DNA of 64,000 nucleotides from an uncultured Planctomycetaceae bacterium. GTDB taxonomy: Bacteria; Planctomycetota; Planctomycetia; Planctomycetales; Planctomycetaceae. Position numbers and translations under genes: made by a program. The notes under the pieces were generated by a model. It did not search any database. It was not told the origin of the DNA and saw only the letters and a list, made by a program, of their open reading frames with translations. Location: contig CAWFAK010000016.1 of NCBI GenBank assembly GCA_963813715.1, positions 352,001 to 416,000 of the forward strand, in the 5' to 3' direction. Position 1 is the first letter of the stretch. The number at the start of each line of letters is the position of its first letter. This document shows positions 23,711 to 35,690 of the stretch, in pieces.

Positions 23711-25376
23711 TCGTATTTCCAATCCGGATCGTCGGGATGTTTGAGATCCCAGAGGGGACGGCGGCTGCGGACCGTGGGGATCGACGCGAAGTTGTACGAC
23801 GGCGGCGGCGACGACGTGCCCCACTCGAGCGTCCAAGCGTCCCAGGGGTCGTCACCGGCGGGCCGCCCCTTGAAATAAGACCAAACGACATTCCAGACGA
23901 AGATCGCAAAGCTCGGCGCCTGGATCAGCGCGCCGATCGTCGTCAGTTGATTCAAGAACTCCCAGCCTCGGCTCGGCTCATACGTGTAGATCCGCCGCGG
24001 CATGCCCAGGAAGCCGGAAATATGCATCGGCCCGAACGTGGCGAAGAACCCGATATACAACAGCCAGAACTGCCAGCGGGCCAGCCGCTCGGAGAGCATC
24101 CGGCCAGTGACTTTGGGATACCAGTAGTGGATGCCGGCGAATGTGCCAAACAGCGTGCCGCCGATCAGCACCCAGTGAAAGTGACCGACGACGAAATAGC
24201 TGTCGGAGAGCTGAAAGTCGAACGGGGCCGCGGCCAGCATGATGCCCGTCAGCCCGCCGATGAGGAACATCGACAGAAATCCGCAGGCAAATAGCATGGG
24301 CGACGCCATCCGAATGCGCCCGCCATACATCGTCGCCAGCCAGTTGAAAAACTTGATGCCCGTGGGAATCGACACGAGCAAGCTGGCGACGGCGAACCAA
24401 ACATCCTGCATGCGGCTCATGCCGACGCAGAACATGTGGTGGGCCCACACCCCCAGGCTGATGAATGCGATCGCCATGGTCGCCGCGGCCATGAACTCGT
24501 AGCCGAAGAGCACCTTCCGCGAAAACACGGGGATCACCTCGGTGATCATGCCGAACACCGGCAGGATCAGGATGTAGACCTCCGGGTGGCCGAAGAACCA
24601 GAACAGGTGCTGCCAGAGCAGGGCCGAGCCGCCGTTCTGCACATCGAAGAAGTGGGCCCCGAAATCTCGATCTAACATCACCATCACGAGCGCCGCCGTC
24701 AGCGGCGGAATGGCGATCAAAATTTGCACGGAGGTCCACAGCATCGTCCACGCAAAGAAGGGGATCTTGGTTATCGTCATGCCAGGGGCGCGCATGCCGA
24801 TGATCGTGGCGACAAAATTCACCGCGGCGGTGATCGTGCCGATGCCGCTGACGATCAGTCCCAGACACCAGAACTCCGTCCCCAGTCCTCGGGCGAAGGC
24901 CGGCTCCGTGAGGGGAGCGTAGGCGAACCAGCCGATCGCCGGCGCCCCGCCGACCGCGAAGCTGAAATACGCGAGCAACCCGCCGAACAGCGTCACCCAG
25001 AATCCGAGCGCATTGAGCCGCGGAAAGGCCATGTCCCGTGCGCCGATCATCAGCGGGACCAGGTAATTGCCGATGCCGATCAGGATGGGCATGCCCATGA
25101 AGAAGACCATGGTCGTGCCGTGCATCGTGAAGAGCTGATTGAACGTGTCGGGCGCAAAAAATTGTTGTGCGCGTAGAAGAGCTGCCAGCGGATCAGCATC
25201 GCTTCGCAGCCGCCCACCACCAGGTAGAAGATGGCCATGCCGATATACATCAGGCCGATCTTCTTGTGGTCGACGGTCGTCACCCAATCGTGGAGGGTGG
25301 CCGGCCAGGAGCGCACGGGCTCCGCCTTCGCCGCGGCGATCTCAGAGTCGACTTTGGGTTCTACGGCCAGGCTCAT
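23707..25376 (-). CDS. ctaD: Cytochrome c oxidase subunit I, A1-type; frameshift near 25165
   Basis: TVDHKKIG, TMHGT, DMAFPRLN, WFFGHPEVY, WAHHMF, HFH and GMPRR motifs. Confidence 0.95.
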
Positions 25377-25389
25377 GAGTGCAGTTTCG

Positions 25390-26410
25390 TCAGTGCAGCG
25401 TAGTCAGATAGCGAACGATGTCTTTCCGCCGCGCTTCGCTAAAGCTGAAGGCGGGCATCAGGCAGCCGTACTTCATCTGCTGGGGGTCGGCCACCCAGCG
25501 TTCGAGATTCTTCGCATCATTCGGGAAACAAGCCGGACGCCAGCGTTTCGCGACTCATCAAGTGCGTCAGGTCGGGGGCGTACGTACCGGCCGCCGACGT
25601 CCCGCGAACGCGATGGCAATTGACGCACGCCTCGCTCAAAAAGGCCTTTTTGCCGGCCAGCGCGTCCGGATCGTCGTGTGCCGGTGCGAGCTGGCTCTTC
25701 AGCCACAGCTCAAATTCTTCCGGCGTGTCGACGACCACCCGCAACAGCATGCCGGCGTGCTGCGTGCCGCAATACTCGGCACACTGCCCCAGGAACAGGC
25801 CATGCTCGCGCGTCTCGAACCACATGTGATTCGACTGGCCGGGGATTAAATCGGTTTTGCCCGCCAGCCGCGGCACCCAAAAACTGTGACACACGTCGGC
25901 CGATTGCAGGTTGAGGAATACGGGCCGATGTGCGGAGTCGGTCGTCGCCGGAATGTGCAACTCGTTCGCCGTGATGAATCCGAGCGGACGGCCGTTGTAA
26001 GTGTCGTAGCGATACTCCCACCACCACTGCCGGCCGACGACGGTGACAAACAGCGCGTGGTCGCCCGGCTTGGGCTGCGACGCAGTGACGTCGACCTCCC
26101 AGAGCGTCCGCGTCATCACCAGCACCAAAATGCAGACGACCAGCGTGGGCGCGACTGTCCAGGCGACTTCGATCGGCTGTCCGCCGTAGACCTGGGGCGG
26201 CTCGCTCTCGGTGCCGGCCGACGTCTTGCGGAACCGCACCAGGTTGTAGATCAGGATTCCCTCGACGAGGAGGAAGATCAGCCCGGTGATCGCAAACAGC
26301 AGCACCGACAGCGTGCGGATCGACTGCGACGGAGGCGCGGCCGGGTCGAAAATCGACAGGTTTTCCGCCTGCGATTCGGCCAGGGCCAACAGCACAGTTG
26401 TCGCCATCAT
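25390..26410 (-). CDS. ctaC: Cytochrome c oxidase subunit II with fused cytochrome c (caa3-type); frameshift near 25520
   Basis: QWWWEY, DVCHSFWVP, CuA motif CAEYCGTQHAGM, heme motif CVNCH..APDLTH. Confidence 0.92.
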
Positions 26411-26456
26411 GAGGAGGTACCCAGCCCGTCCGAGAACCTGGTAGGCACCAAGCTAC

Positions 26457-26470
26457 TCGATTCGAATCAA
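26457..26470. promoter_or_regulatory. Possible FNR/Crp-type binding site upstream of ctaC
   Basis: Minus strand TTGAT-TCGA-ATCGA, 9/10 match to TTGAT-N4-ATCAA, 47-60 bp upstream of the ctaC start. Confidence 0.3.
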
Positions 26471-26890
26471 AATGGACATGGCCTGACCACCCGGACAGAG
26501 CGGTGGCGTGGCCTTCGCCCGAAATGCCCTAAGTCCACCGCCCCGAGACGCTGCAAAGGACTCGAAAACTCGCACCGTTCACGACCTGCCTCGAAGGGCC
26601 GAGTCGCGGCTGTAGCCGCCGCCGCGGACACTCCGATTGTCCAAGGCGGCCAGGCAAAAATTGGCGGGTGGAGTCGCAGCACCGTTCATCAGCGGCCACG
26701 CATCACGCAAACACCAGGCCAAACGCGCCCCGACGAATTTCGCCCTTCAGGGCACCGTGCGGAGACTGATGAGGCGTGGGGATGCGGTCCAAACGATCTG
26801 CCGAGAACTCGACAATTGCCGAAATGTCGTCACCGTCGCCGTGCTTGCGGCAACCCACCTCAGCGTCACGTTGCGACGGCATGTCGTCGC

Positions 26891-27274
26891 TTACAGTTCG
26901 TAGGTCGTGATCTCGAGTTCGTGTCCGTCCGGGTCGTGGAAATAGATCGATTCCGCGATGCGGTGGTGTTCGGAGTGGAAGGGGATGCCGCGGTCGCGGA
27001 GTGTTTTTTGGGCGGCGGCAAAATTCGCTCGATTGGCGCGAAACGCGAAGTGGCGCATCGCCAGCACGTCCGCCCCGGGTGATGGCTGAGGCTGTGCGCC
27101 TTCGACCGGGAACAAAGCGATCGCCGTCGTGCCGACGCCGACGAACGCCGGGCAGTTCCCCCACACTTCTTCGTACCGCCGGTCCAGGCCGAGCACGTCG
27201 CAGTACCAGGCCACCGAGCGCTCGACATCCTTCACAGCTAATGCGATGTGATCGATCCCCTCGAGCGAAAACAT
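26891..27274 (-). CDS. VOC/glyoxalase family protein
   Basis: IDHIAL.V.D..RS..WY..VLG, HFAF and SIYFHDPDGHELEI motifs. Confidence 0.9.
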   Translation of the reverse strand: MFSLEGIDHIALAVKDVERSVAWYCDVLGLDRRYEEVWGNCPAFVGVGTTAIALFPVEGAQPQPSPGADVLAMRHFAFRANRANFAAAQKTLRDRGIPFHSEHHRIAESIYFHDPDGHELEITTYEL

Positions 27275-27544
27275 GCTCTGTCCCCCCTTGCCGACAAAAC
27301 GGTCGCGGTCTGAATTATCGCAGACACGTCATCGCAACGAACCTGTATTTTTGGTCGGACGACGCAGGAAGCGGCGCTACCGATCAGCGCGATTTCGGCT
27401 CGAGATCCAAGGCCACCTCATGAGCCCCGATCATAAGACCGTCCGACGCCGCGACCGGGGATCGTCGACGAAGGAAGCGAGCACAAGTCGGGTGGCGCGC
27501 AATTTCTAACCGAGATTCCTGTTTCGCGAGGAATCGGGCGGCAT

Positions 27545-29369
27545 TCAGCTGCGGCTCGTCCTCGTAAAGCCGTCGGCGCTCCAGTTCTCGCTGCCCACTC
27601 CGTGATGCACGAAGAACAGTCCGTTAGGATCGTACCTCTGCTTCGCGGCGGCCAGTCGCGGATAGTTGGGGCCCCAGAACGCGTGCCGCCAGTCCCGCTC
27701 GAAGTAATCGCTTTCCGACAAATACGCTCCGGGCTCGGGCGCGACCTTTAGAAGTGCGTCCATCGCCCGATTGATGGCGGCGGCGTCGCGGCGGGCGGCG
27801 GACACGCTCGGCTCGTGCCCGGCAATTCCCGGGAAGGCCGGCCCGCTTTCGCCGGCAATGATCGCGAGTGCAAAGGCGTCCAGCGCCGCCGGGTTCGTCG
27901 CCGTCTCTTTGGCGGCCGCCAAATCGTCGGCCCGCGCTCCGGCCAAGCCCTTATTGCAGTGCAGCTCGACAGTCCAGTGCCGGCTCGCCGCAAACAGCGC
28001 GTCGACCAGGTGCGTTTTGCCGATCTTTGGCCAACAGCGACGCCGGCAGCCACGCCGACCGGTAGCCGTGAATCACCTGCCCCGCCTCGCCGCGGTTTCC
28101 GGTCCAGAAGAAGTTTTCTTTGGGGGCATGCGGACGATCGTCGTGCACGACGACTTTGGCCGGGATCTGATCCCAGAACTTCGCATCCCAGAACCGCCGC
28201 GCCGGCAACGCCACGATCCTCACCGGCTTGGCGACGACAAAATCGGCCGTCCGGCGCGCCACCCAATCCAAGAACGGCTGCCACGTCTCGGCCACCTGCG
28301 TGCGGTCGAGGCCCGCGGAGAGCATTTGGAGGTCGAGCGTGTTCTTGTGCACCAAGCGGATTTGCTCGCCCCAATGTGGATTGAACAGCCGCTCGTGGTA
28401 GAACTCGATCACACGCGCGATCAAGTCGCGAAAGGCGCCGTCCGTGCGGGCTTTGATCGTCCCCGAAGCGACGCCAAACGATTCCGGCAGCTCGCGGGTC
28501 CGCAGCGTCAGCCGCGTCACGACGCCCAGGCTGCCCCCTCCGCCCCCTTTGAGGGCCCAGAACAGCTCCGGATCCGAACAGGCGTTCGCAATCCGCACCG
28601 AGCCGTCCGCCAGCACGACCTCAGCTTCCAGCAGGCCCGCCGCGGCCAGTCCGAAAGTCTTCGAGAAGCTGCCGAAGCCGCCGCTTTGAATCAGTCCCGC
28701 CACGCCGACGGTCGCGCAGCCGCCTCCTTGCACGTAGCGCCCCGCCTTCGTCGTGACGGCATTGTAAACGTGCGACCAGATCGCGCCCGACCCGACGGTG
28801 ACGGCCGGCTGCGGCGCGACCTTTCCCTCGCAACCGCGCGGCACAAAGGCGTCGACAAGCGCGATGCCATTCATCGCCCGCGTCCAGATCAATAGGGAAT
28901 CGGGCGCGTTCGACGTCCCCTGGTAACTGTGCCCGCCCCCTTTGACCACCACCCGCAGATTGTGCTCGCGGGCGAAATTGACTGCCGCCACGACGTCGGA
29001 CGTCTCCGCCGCGGCGACGGCGTACGCGCTCGGGGCCGACGTCCAGGCGTCAACCCAGCCGGACGTTTGAGTGAGCGCCGGGTTGTCGCCGATGAAGTAA
29101 GGATTCTTGAGCTCCTTGAACAGCTCGCTGCAGGCCGCGCTCTCGGGCGCGGTGCGACAGGCATCCAGCGGTGACGTCAGCGCGACCAACCGACCCCCAA
29201 CCGCCTGCTTCAACTTCTCCCAGGTCGCGGGCGCCGGCCACCCGGGATCGCCCGGACGAACTCGGCGAGCCGCCGCCCCAACCTGCCCCGCAGTAAGGCC
29301 AGTGGCGGAGCCGCCGGCCCAGACAACGGGAATTGCGGCAGCCGTTTTGAGGAACTGTCTTCGTCTCAT
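27545..29369 (-). CDS. Tat-exported FAD-binding oxidoreductase with berberine-bridge (BBE) domain; frameshift near 27990
   Basis: MRRRQFLK Tat signal, KGGGHSY, GGFGSFS..FG, LFWALKGGGG, Y..E......FWG.NYPRL...K..YDP. Confidence 0.9.
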
Positions 29370-29536
29370 CGCATTGGCTCACAAGAAATAGACTGCTCGA
29401 TGCCCAGCGCTGGCAAACGCCATCGATCAAACAATCGCCCCGCCTGGGCAAAGTCAACCAACTTGCCAATCACCCATGTTCGGCCCATGATTCGAGACGT
29501 CTGTCGCACCCGTTTGTCTGACGGCGAAAGGATGGA

Positions 29537-31054
29537 ATGATGATCTCACGCCGCGCCTTGTGGCGCGATTCCCGATTCCAGCCGGCGCTCCTGGCCGTTG
29601 TCTTCATTTGGATGATTCGCTCGGCGGACCCGATTCTTGCCGACCCCCAGCGAAATTGGACCGCCGAGTGGGCCCGCATGAAGCCCATCACGCCGCGGGG
29701 CTACGTCTGCTATCGCGCCGCTCAAGCCGCCGAAGATCGATGGGCGACTCGACGATGCGGCCTGGCAGGCAGTTCCGTGGACCGAAGATTTTCGCGACAT
29801 CGAAGGCGACCGCCGGCCGAAGCCGCGGTTCCGCACGCGGGCCAAGATGCTCTGGGACGACAAATATTTCTACATCGGGGCCGAGCTGGAAGAGCCGCAC
29901 GTTTGGGGCACGCTCACCCAGCACGACGCGGTCATCTTCAACGACAACGACTTCGAGGTCTTCATCGATCCCAACGGCGACAATCTCGAGTACTACGAAT
30001 TCGAGATGAACGCCCTCAACACGAGCTGGGATCTGTTCCTGCCCAAGCCGTACAAAGACGACGGCCGGGCCGACAACAGTTGGGACATCGCCGGCCTCAA
30101 GACGGCCGTCCACGTCGACGGCACGCTCAACAATCCCACCGATCGCGACACCGGCTGGTCGGTCGAAATCGCCATCCCCTGGGAGGCCCTCCGCGAATTC
30201 GCCCACCGCCCGGCCCCGCCGCACGACGGCGACCAATGGCGCGTCGATTTCTCCCGCGTCGAATGGCAGCACCAAATCGTCGGCGGCAAATACCAACGCG
30301 TGCCCAACACGCACGAAGACAATTGGATCTGGTCGCCCCCCGGCATCGTCGACATGCACCGCCCGGAACGCTGGGGCTACGTCCAATTCTCCACGGCCGC
30401 GCCGGGCACCGCTCGGTTCCATCCCGATCCGACGCTGCCCGCCCGCGACGCCTTGATGGAGATTTACTACCACCAGCGCGCGTTCCAGGAAAAGCACGGC
30501 CACTGGGCGACGAAGCTCGACGAGCTTGCCCTCACTCCCGAGACTCTCGCTCTCCAGCCGCGCCTCAAAATGACCGGCGACCACTTCTCGCGCGAGCGTC
30601 GACGTTCCGATTCTCGGCGGCAGCAAAGACCATGATGCTCACGATCCGCCAAGACTCACGGCTCGGCCCGATCCACCCGAACGACGACCTGCTCGACGCC
30701 CTCGAAGACATCCTGCAAACGCAAGCCGCCGCCTGGAACCGCGGCGACATCGACGCCTTCATGGAGCACTACTGGAAATCCGAAGATCTCACCTTCAGCT
30801 CCGGCGGCAAGACCACCCGTGGCTGGCAAACAACCAAGGACAACTACAAGCGCCGCTACCCCACCCGCGACCAAATGGGCCACCTCACCTTCGACCAACT
30901 CGAAGTCTTTCCCCTCGGCGACACCGCCGCCCTCCTACTGGGCCACTGGCACCTCGACCGCACCAACCCCGTGGGCGGCAACTTTTCGCTCGTCTTCCGC
31001 AAGATCGACGGAGCTTGGGTGATCGTGCATGACCATACGTCGCGGTTGCCCTAG
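29537..31054 (+). CDS. CBM9-like (DOMON-type sugar-binding) protein apparently fused to a C-terminal DUF4440/YybH (SnoaL-like) domain (frameshifted)
   Basis: MLWDD.YFY, DFEVFIDP, YYEFEMNA, WSVEIAIPW and MHRPERWG; C-terminal AAWNRGDIDAFM..Y..W.IVHDHTS. Confidence 0.75.
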   Translation: MMISRRALWRDSRFQPALLAVVFIWMIRSADPILADPQRNWTAEWARMKPITPRGYVCYRAAQAAEDRWATRRCGLAGSSVDRRFSRHRRRPPAEAAVPHAGQDALGRQIFLHRGRAGRAARLGHAHPARRGHLQRQRLRGLHRSQRRQSRVLRIRDERPQHELGSVPAQAVQRRRPGRQQLGHRRPQDGRPRRRHAQQSHRSRHRLVGRNRHPLGGPPRIRPPPGPAARRRPMARRFLPRRMAAPNRRRQIPTRAQHARRQLDLVAPRHRRHAPPGTLGLRPILHGRAGHRSVPSRSDAARPRRLDGDLLPPARVPGKARPLGDEARRACPHSRDSRSPAAPQNDRRPLLARASTFRFSAAAKTMMLTIRQDSRLGPIHPNDDLLDALEDILQTQAAAWNRGDIDAFMEHYWKSEDLTFSSGGKTTRGWQTTKDNYKRRYPTRDQMGHLTFDQLEVFPLGDTAALLLGHWHLDRTNPVGGNFSLVFRKIDGAWVIVHDHTSRLP

Positions 31055-31152
31055 AACGGGCCGCCGCGCTGATCCAGCGTCGTCATCGTCGCAGCTTGCA
31101 CGAGATAGCGCTGAGAACAGGGCCCTCGTGTCACGAGGCGCCCGTCGGGTGG

Positions 31153-32670
31153 TTAGACGTACTGCGGATCAACGAAGTAGTCGATCCGCACGTTGAGGGG
31201 CGAACCCCAATTCACGGTCAGCCAGACCGTGACCGAGCCATTGGTCGGCGCGACATTGCCAATCGACATCTGTGCCGAGCCGATGAAGCGGTTGAGCCTC
31301 GGGTCGGTCGCGTATTCGCACGGCGCGGCGACCACGCGGGAATCGGCCGTGATGTTCGCGTCGTTGATCGTCAACTTCACTTGGCCGTTTCCGTTCCACG
31401 TGGCAAATCCCGTGTAGCTGACTCCACTCATGTGAGCGGCGGCGCCGTTCCTTTGGCCCGGCACGGTTACCACTTGGGCCGGCAAATTGCTGCCGACGGC
31501 GGAACCGGTCTTGGCACTCGGCGCTCCATTGTGGCCGGTCCCCTCTTGCTCGAAGATGGACGCCATCGCGGTCCCGATCGGCACTCCCAAACCGGTGCAC
31601 GGGTCGGGACCCACCAGCGGCGCTGAAGCCGCCGTTCGAGCCGGTCACGATGTCCGTAAACGCCGACGGGTTTTCCCACAGCGTCTGGCCGACGAAGCCG
31701 AGGCCTTTGCCGAACGAGGCAAACAAGCCCGAGTAGAAGGGCGCCACGGCGCTCGTGCCGCCGATCGGTTGCTCCTGGCCGTTAATGACGATCAGGTAGC
31801 CCGTCTGCGGATTGGCGTCGGCAGCGACGTCCGGAACCATCCGACCCCCGTTGGTGCCCGGCGGCGCATGATTGTTGGTTTGCCAATCGGGCATGGGAAA
31901 GATATTGGAATAGCCGCCGCCCGTGCCTTGCCCATCGGGATTATTATCACCCCAGACGATCTCTTCGGCGCCGCGGAATTTCGTGGTCCCGCCGCAGCCG
32001 ATCACGTGCGGACAGGCCGAGGGCATGTCGACGTTGGCTCCCGGGTCGGAATCGCCCGAAGCGTTATCACCCGATGCGGCAAAGACGACGAGCCCTTTTT
32101 CGGCGGCTTGGGCCACCGCGGCTTCCAACGCTTTGGCGGCACCCGGCGCAGTTCTGCTCCCACCGCGTTTCATCAGCGCCGTAGCTGATCGATAGCACGT
32201 CACACCCCTCTTCCACCGCCTTGTCGACGATTGTCTCGAACGAGCTGAACTGATTGGGGGCCCAAAAGACCTTGATCTCGGGCATATTGCCGGTCGCGTA
32301 GTAATACACGGCCGCGGCGACTTGAATGTCGAGCAGGACCTCGGCATCGTCGGCGCCTCCGGGCGAATTGGCACCGCCGACCGGGACGTCGGTGACGACG
32401 ATGTTGGGCAGGCCGTTATTGGCGGAGAACTTGTCGAGATCGGCCTGGGTGTACCCGCCGCCAAGCTCGAGAATTCCGATCGACGCCGCCACCTGGGCAC
32501 GTTCCCTTTGGAATCTTGTAAGCGGCGCAGAGATCGGCCACTCGCCAGTTCGAGGTCGCCCGCGCCCGCAGCGGGGACGGAAAGGCGATGTACGACTTCG
32601 CGGCCGGAGCAGCGTCCCGTCGAACGCCACGCCGTTGGTGTTTCACATAGGACTTGCTGAGAGTTACCAT
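31153..32670 (-). CDS. S53 (sedolisin/kumamolisin) peptidase with a C-terminal beta domain (frameshifted)
   Basis: GILELGGG, EVLLD, SISYG, ASGDN, VPDVAADANP and GGTSAVAP catalytic motifs; DPCTGLG. Confidence 0.85.
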
Positions 32671-32966
32671 CGTTCCACCTTTTGCAATCGAGTGTTGTGA
32701 CACGAAGCAGAGCATCCCAATTTCACGGCTGGTCGTGGTCACGGCCGCACGATGGATTGCCAAGAGTGGATTGGCGATTCGCGCACCGCGGATCGATCAC
32801 TACGCGACCGAACGTTCACTTGTCATGACTCCAGTCTTTCTACTCCAGAAAATCTTGAATTCAATCGCCTAAACAGGTGAGCGCGGACGCGAGCGCGAGT
32901 CTGTCCAGCGCGATGAAGGGCCTGCGACTCGCACCCTGCGATCGGTAGAAATCCTGATGGCGCGGG

Positions 32967-34557
32967 TCAGCATCGAAGAGCGATGGGCTCAGACTCAGGA
33001 CAGATGTGCACGTCAGCATGCCTGTGGACGATCGCAGAGGTTCTCGCCCATTGGGTCAGCCGGCGCAGCCCGGCCGTCACGAGAACAAGTCGAGGTTCGA
33101 AAGAGTCGAGCCTGGGCGAACTCGAGCACTCGCGCTCTTCGCACGCCCCAACCGGCTCCGCCGCGTCGTACATCTCGGCCGCGGCGGCGAGGGCTTCGGT
33201 GGTCGTGATGTGGTGCTCGGCCGTCGGGCGGAGCGGGCGGATGCGGCCGGCGAGCCAGAGGCAGCTCATCGTTGCGGCCGCGGAGACTATGCCCAGAATC
33301 GGCACGTGCAGCAGGCGGCCGTCGGGTGCCTCGGCGATGATCAGCCCGCCCATGTACGTGCCGAACCCGATCGACAGGTGTTGCACCGACGAGTTCGCGC
33401 TCAAAAATCCGCCACGGCGGTGCGGCTCGACGCTGCCGGTGATCATCGCCATCGCGGCCACCATGCGGCCCGAGTTGCAGATCATCAGGGCCGCCATGAT
33501 GGCGACCGCCACGGCCACCGGCACCGGCACCAGGTTCGCCGCGGCCAGCGTGAACACGGCCGAAAGCGGCGACACGATGCGAAACATCCGCAGCTTGCCG
33601 TAACGATCGGACAGCCATCCGATCAGCGGCGCGGAAAAGAGCGTCACCGCGCCGCCGGCAATATACACGAGACCCAGCTCGTCCTCCGTCATGCCGATGT
33701 TGCTGACGAGGAACGGGCTCATGTAGGGAAAGATCGTGAACGCGGCCACCATCAGCATCACGATCAGCGCGAACGCGTTCAGGTGATTCCGCTGCGTGAA
33801 CGTCTCAAACACGACCTGCAGCGGGTGTGTCTTCGTCGCTTTCGCCAGATGATCGCGGAGCGGCGGCAACGTCCACGCGGCAATCGCCCACACGGGGCAC
33901 CCCAAGATGCCGAGCAAAATGAACGGCACGTGCCAGCCGAAGTGCGTTCCCAGGTAGAGTCCGAACGGCACGCCGGCAACCGACGCCAGCGCGAACCCCG
34001 ACATCAGGGCTCCCGTCGCGCGACCGCGCCGCTCTTCGGGAAAGACGTCGCCGATGATCGCCAGCGCCAGGCCGCCCAAAATTCCGCCGAACGCGCCGGT
34101 CAGCACCCGCGCCAGCACCAAGGTCGCATAAGTCGGGGCCAGGCCGCAGAGAAACGTGCCGATGAGAAAGCCGGCGTCCATTCCCAAAAAGGCCGCCTTG
34201 CGACCCAGACGATCGACGAGCGAAGAGGCGACTAAACCCGCCAACCCCGCCGCAATCGTATAAGACGCGACGACGAGCCCGAACTGCTGCGGCCCGATCG
34301 CCAGCTTCCGCATCAGCTGCGGGCCGAGCGGCATGATGATCATGAAGTCGACGATGGAGATGAACTGGACCGATGCCAGCATCAACACGCACGATCCGCT
34401 CGCGGGTCACTCGCGACGCTTCGGGCGTGCGCGATCCCTGGCCGCCGCTCACGGACGAATTTCCACGAGCCGGGCGCGCAACCGTCGCGTGCGCGGTGTC
34501 CGCGACACCGCAGTGCTGCGTGTCCGCGGCGGTTTTCGCCCGGGCAAGGGTCGACAT
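32967..34557 (-). CDS. MFS transporter (DHA1/arabinose-efflux-like); both ends uncertain
   Basis: DFMIIMPLGP, DRLGRK motif A, about 12 hydrophobic segments. Confidence 0.85.
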
Positions 34558-35007
34558 GGACGCTGTTTCAGCGGTCACGCGGCCATCTGTTTTGATCCCG
34601 GCAGTCTTGCGGGCGTCCGTCCCCGTGGCTCCGGTTTCGTGGCCGTTCGAGGCTGCGGCAATTTCGCCAGCCTCCCCGAAATGAGTCACCCCAGCCTCCA
34701 ATGAACAACGGTCCCCGTCCGCCGAAACGGACACGCGAAGGCGCAAAACGTTCGCCCGGCCGACGCCGAAATTGTCGAAACGCCGAATTGATCAAACCGA
34801 GCAGCGGGAAGCGCAAGCCCGAGATCGGTGCGTGAGAGCGAACGCTCCAGCGAATCGTAGCTGATTTGCCCGAACGTGACGACCGGTAAATTTGCTCAGG
34901 AGATCCCGGGCCGCACGTTTTGGTGCGGCAAAACAGGCGAACCGGCAATTTCCGCCGATCGGCAACGCCCGCAGGACACTGCGAGTTTGATGCCTCGCCA
35001 AGCCCTA

Positions 35008-35026
35008 AGCCCTGAAAGGGCGAGAC
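35008..35026 (+). repeat. REP-like hairpin, exact copy of 35772-35790
   Basis: AGCCCTGAAAGGGCGAGAC. Confidence 0.75.
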
Positions 35027-35042
35027 AATGGACCAAGACGCG

Positions 35043-35624
35043 TCACGCGTCAAACCGCCCCACAATATCGAAGTCATGCGCCGTCGCGAAAACGGGAATC
35101 GCCTTCGCTCGCGTTCCCGACGCCAGGGCCGCTTCGACCAACTCAACAAACTTGCCCATCACGAGCAGCACAGCAACGTCTTCGGCCCGCTCGAACTTCG
35201 CGTCGTTGTACATTTCCTCGTTCATGTACCAGGCGAAATCAGCCTGAACGGACTCGAGCCCGGTGAGGGTGACCTCCGGCCAATCCAATGCGTTCCATTC
35301 GCAAAGCCAGTCCACGTCGTCACGATCGTCCGAGTAATGGTCGAATCCAAAGAAATCAAAAAACCACCGATCCGGATTGATGTCGAAGCCGTTCATCTCG
35401 AGGTAAACAGCTTTGACCTCGAACTCGGAACCGGCGGCAACAATGAACTCGTTGATCGCGGACAAAATCTCGCGAGGTTCGTTTCTGAACGTGCGCCCTA
35501 ACAGCCCCCCGAAGCGCTCAACCTTCTCTTGAGCCAGGCGTTCTTCCAAAAACGCCACCGTGCCGCCGATGTCGCATTCGCGAAATCGGCGAGCAACGGC
35601 GTTCCAGAGGGCCAAATCCAACAT
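35043..35624 (-). CDS. Acidic hypothetical protein (possibly immunity-like)
   Basis: Intact 193-aa ORF with AVYLEMNGFDINPDRWFFD; no motif recognised. Confidence 0.55.
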   Translation of the reverse strand: MLDLALWNAVARRFRECDIGGTVAFLEERLAQEKVERFGGLLGRTFRNEPREILSAINEFIVAAGSEFEVKAVYLEMNGFDINPDRWFFDFFGFDHYSDDRDDVDWLCEWNALDWPEVTLTGLESVQADFAWYMNEEMYNDAKFERAEDVAVLLVMGKFVELVEAALASGTRAKAIPVFATAHDFDIVGRFDA

Positions 35625-35690
35625 CGTCGCCCCGGAAAAGCAGGCTGTGCGTGGCAATCGATTGTAACCGACTGCCGCATCGGCGAATTC

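Noticed and set aside
15848..26410. Calling the respiratory genes pseudogenes or programmed frameshifts
   Set aside because: Indels are window-wide, motifs are intact and no consistent slippery sites were seen; sequencing error is more parsimonious.
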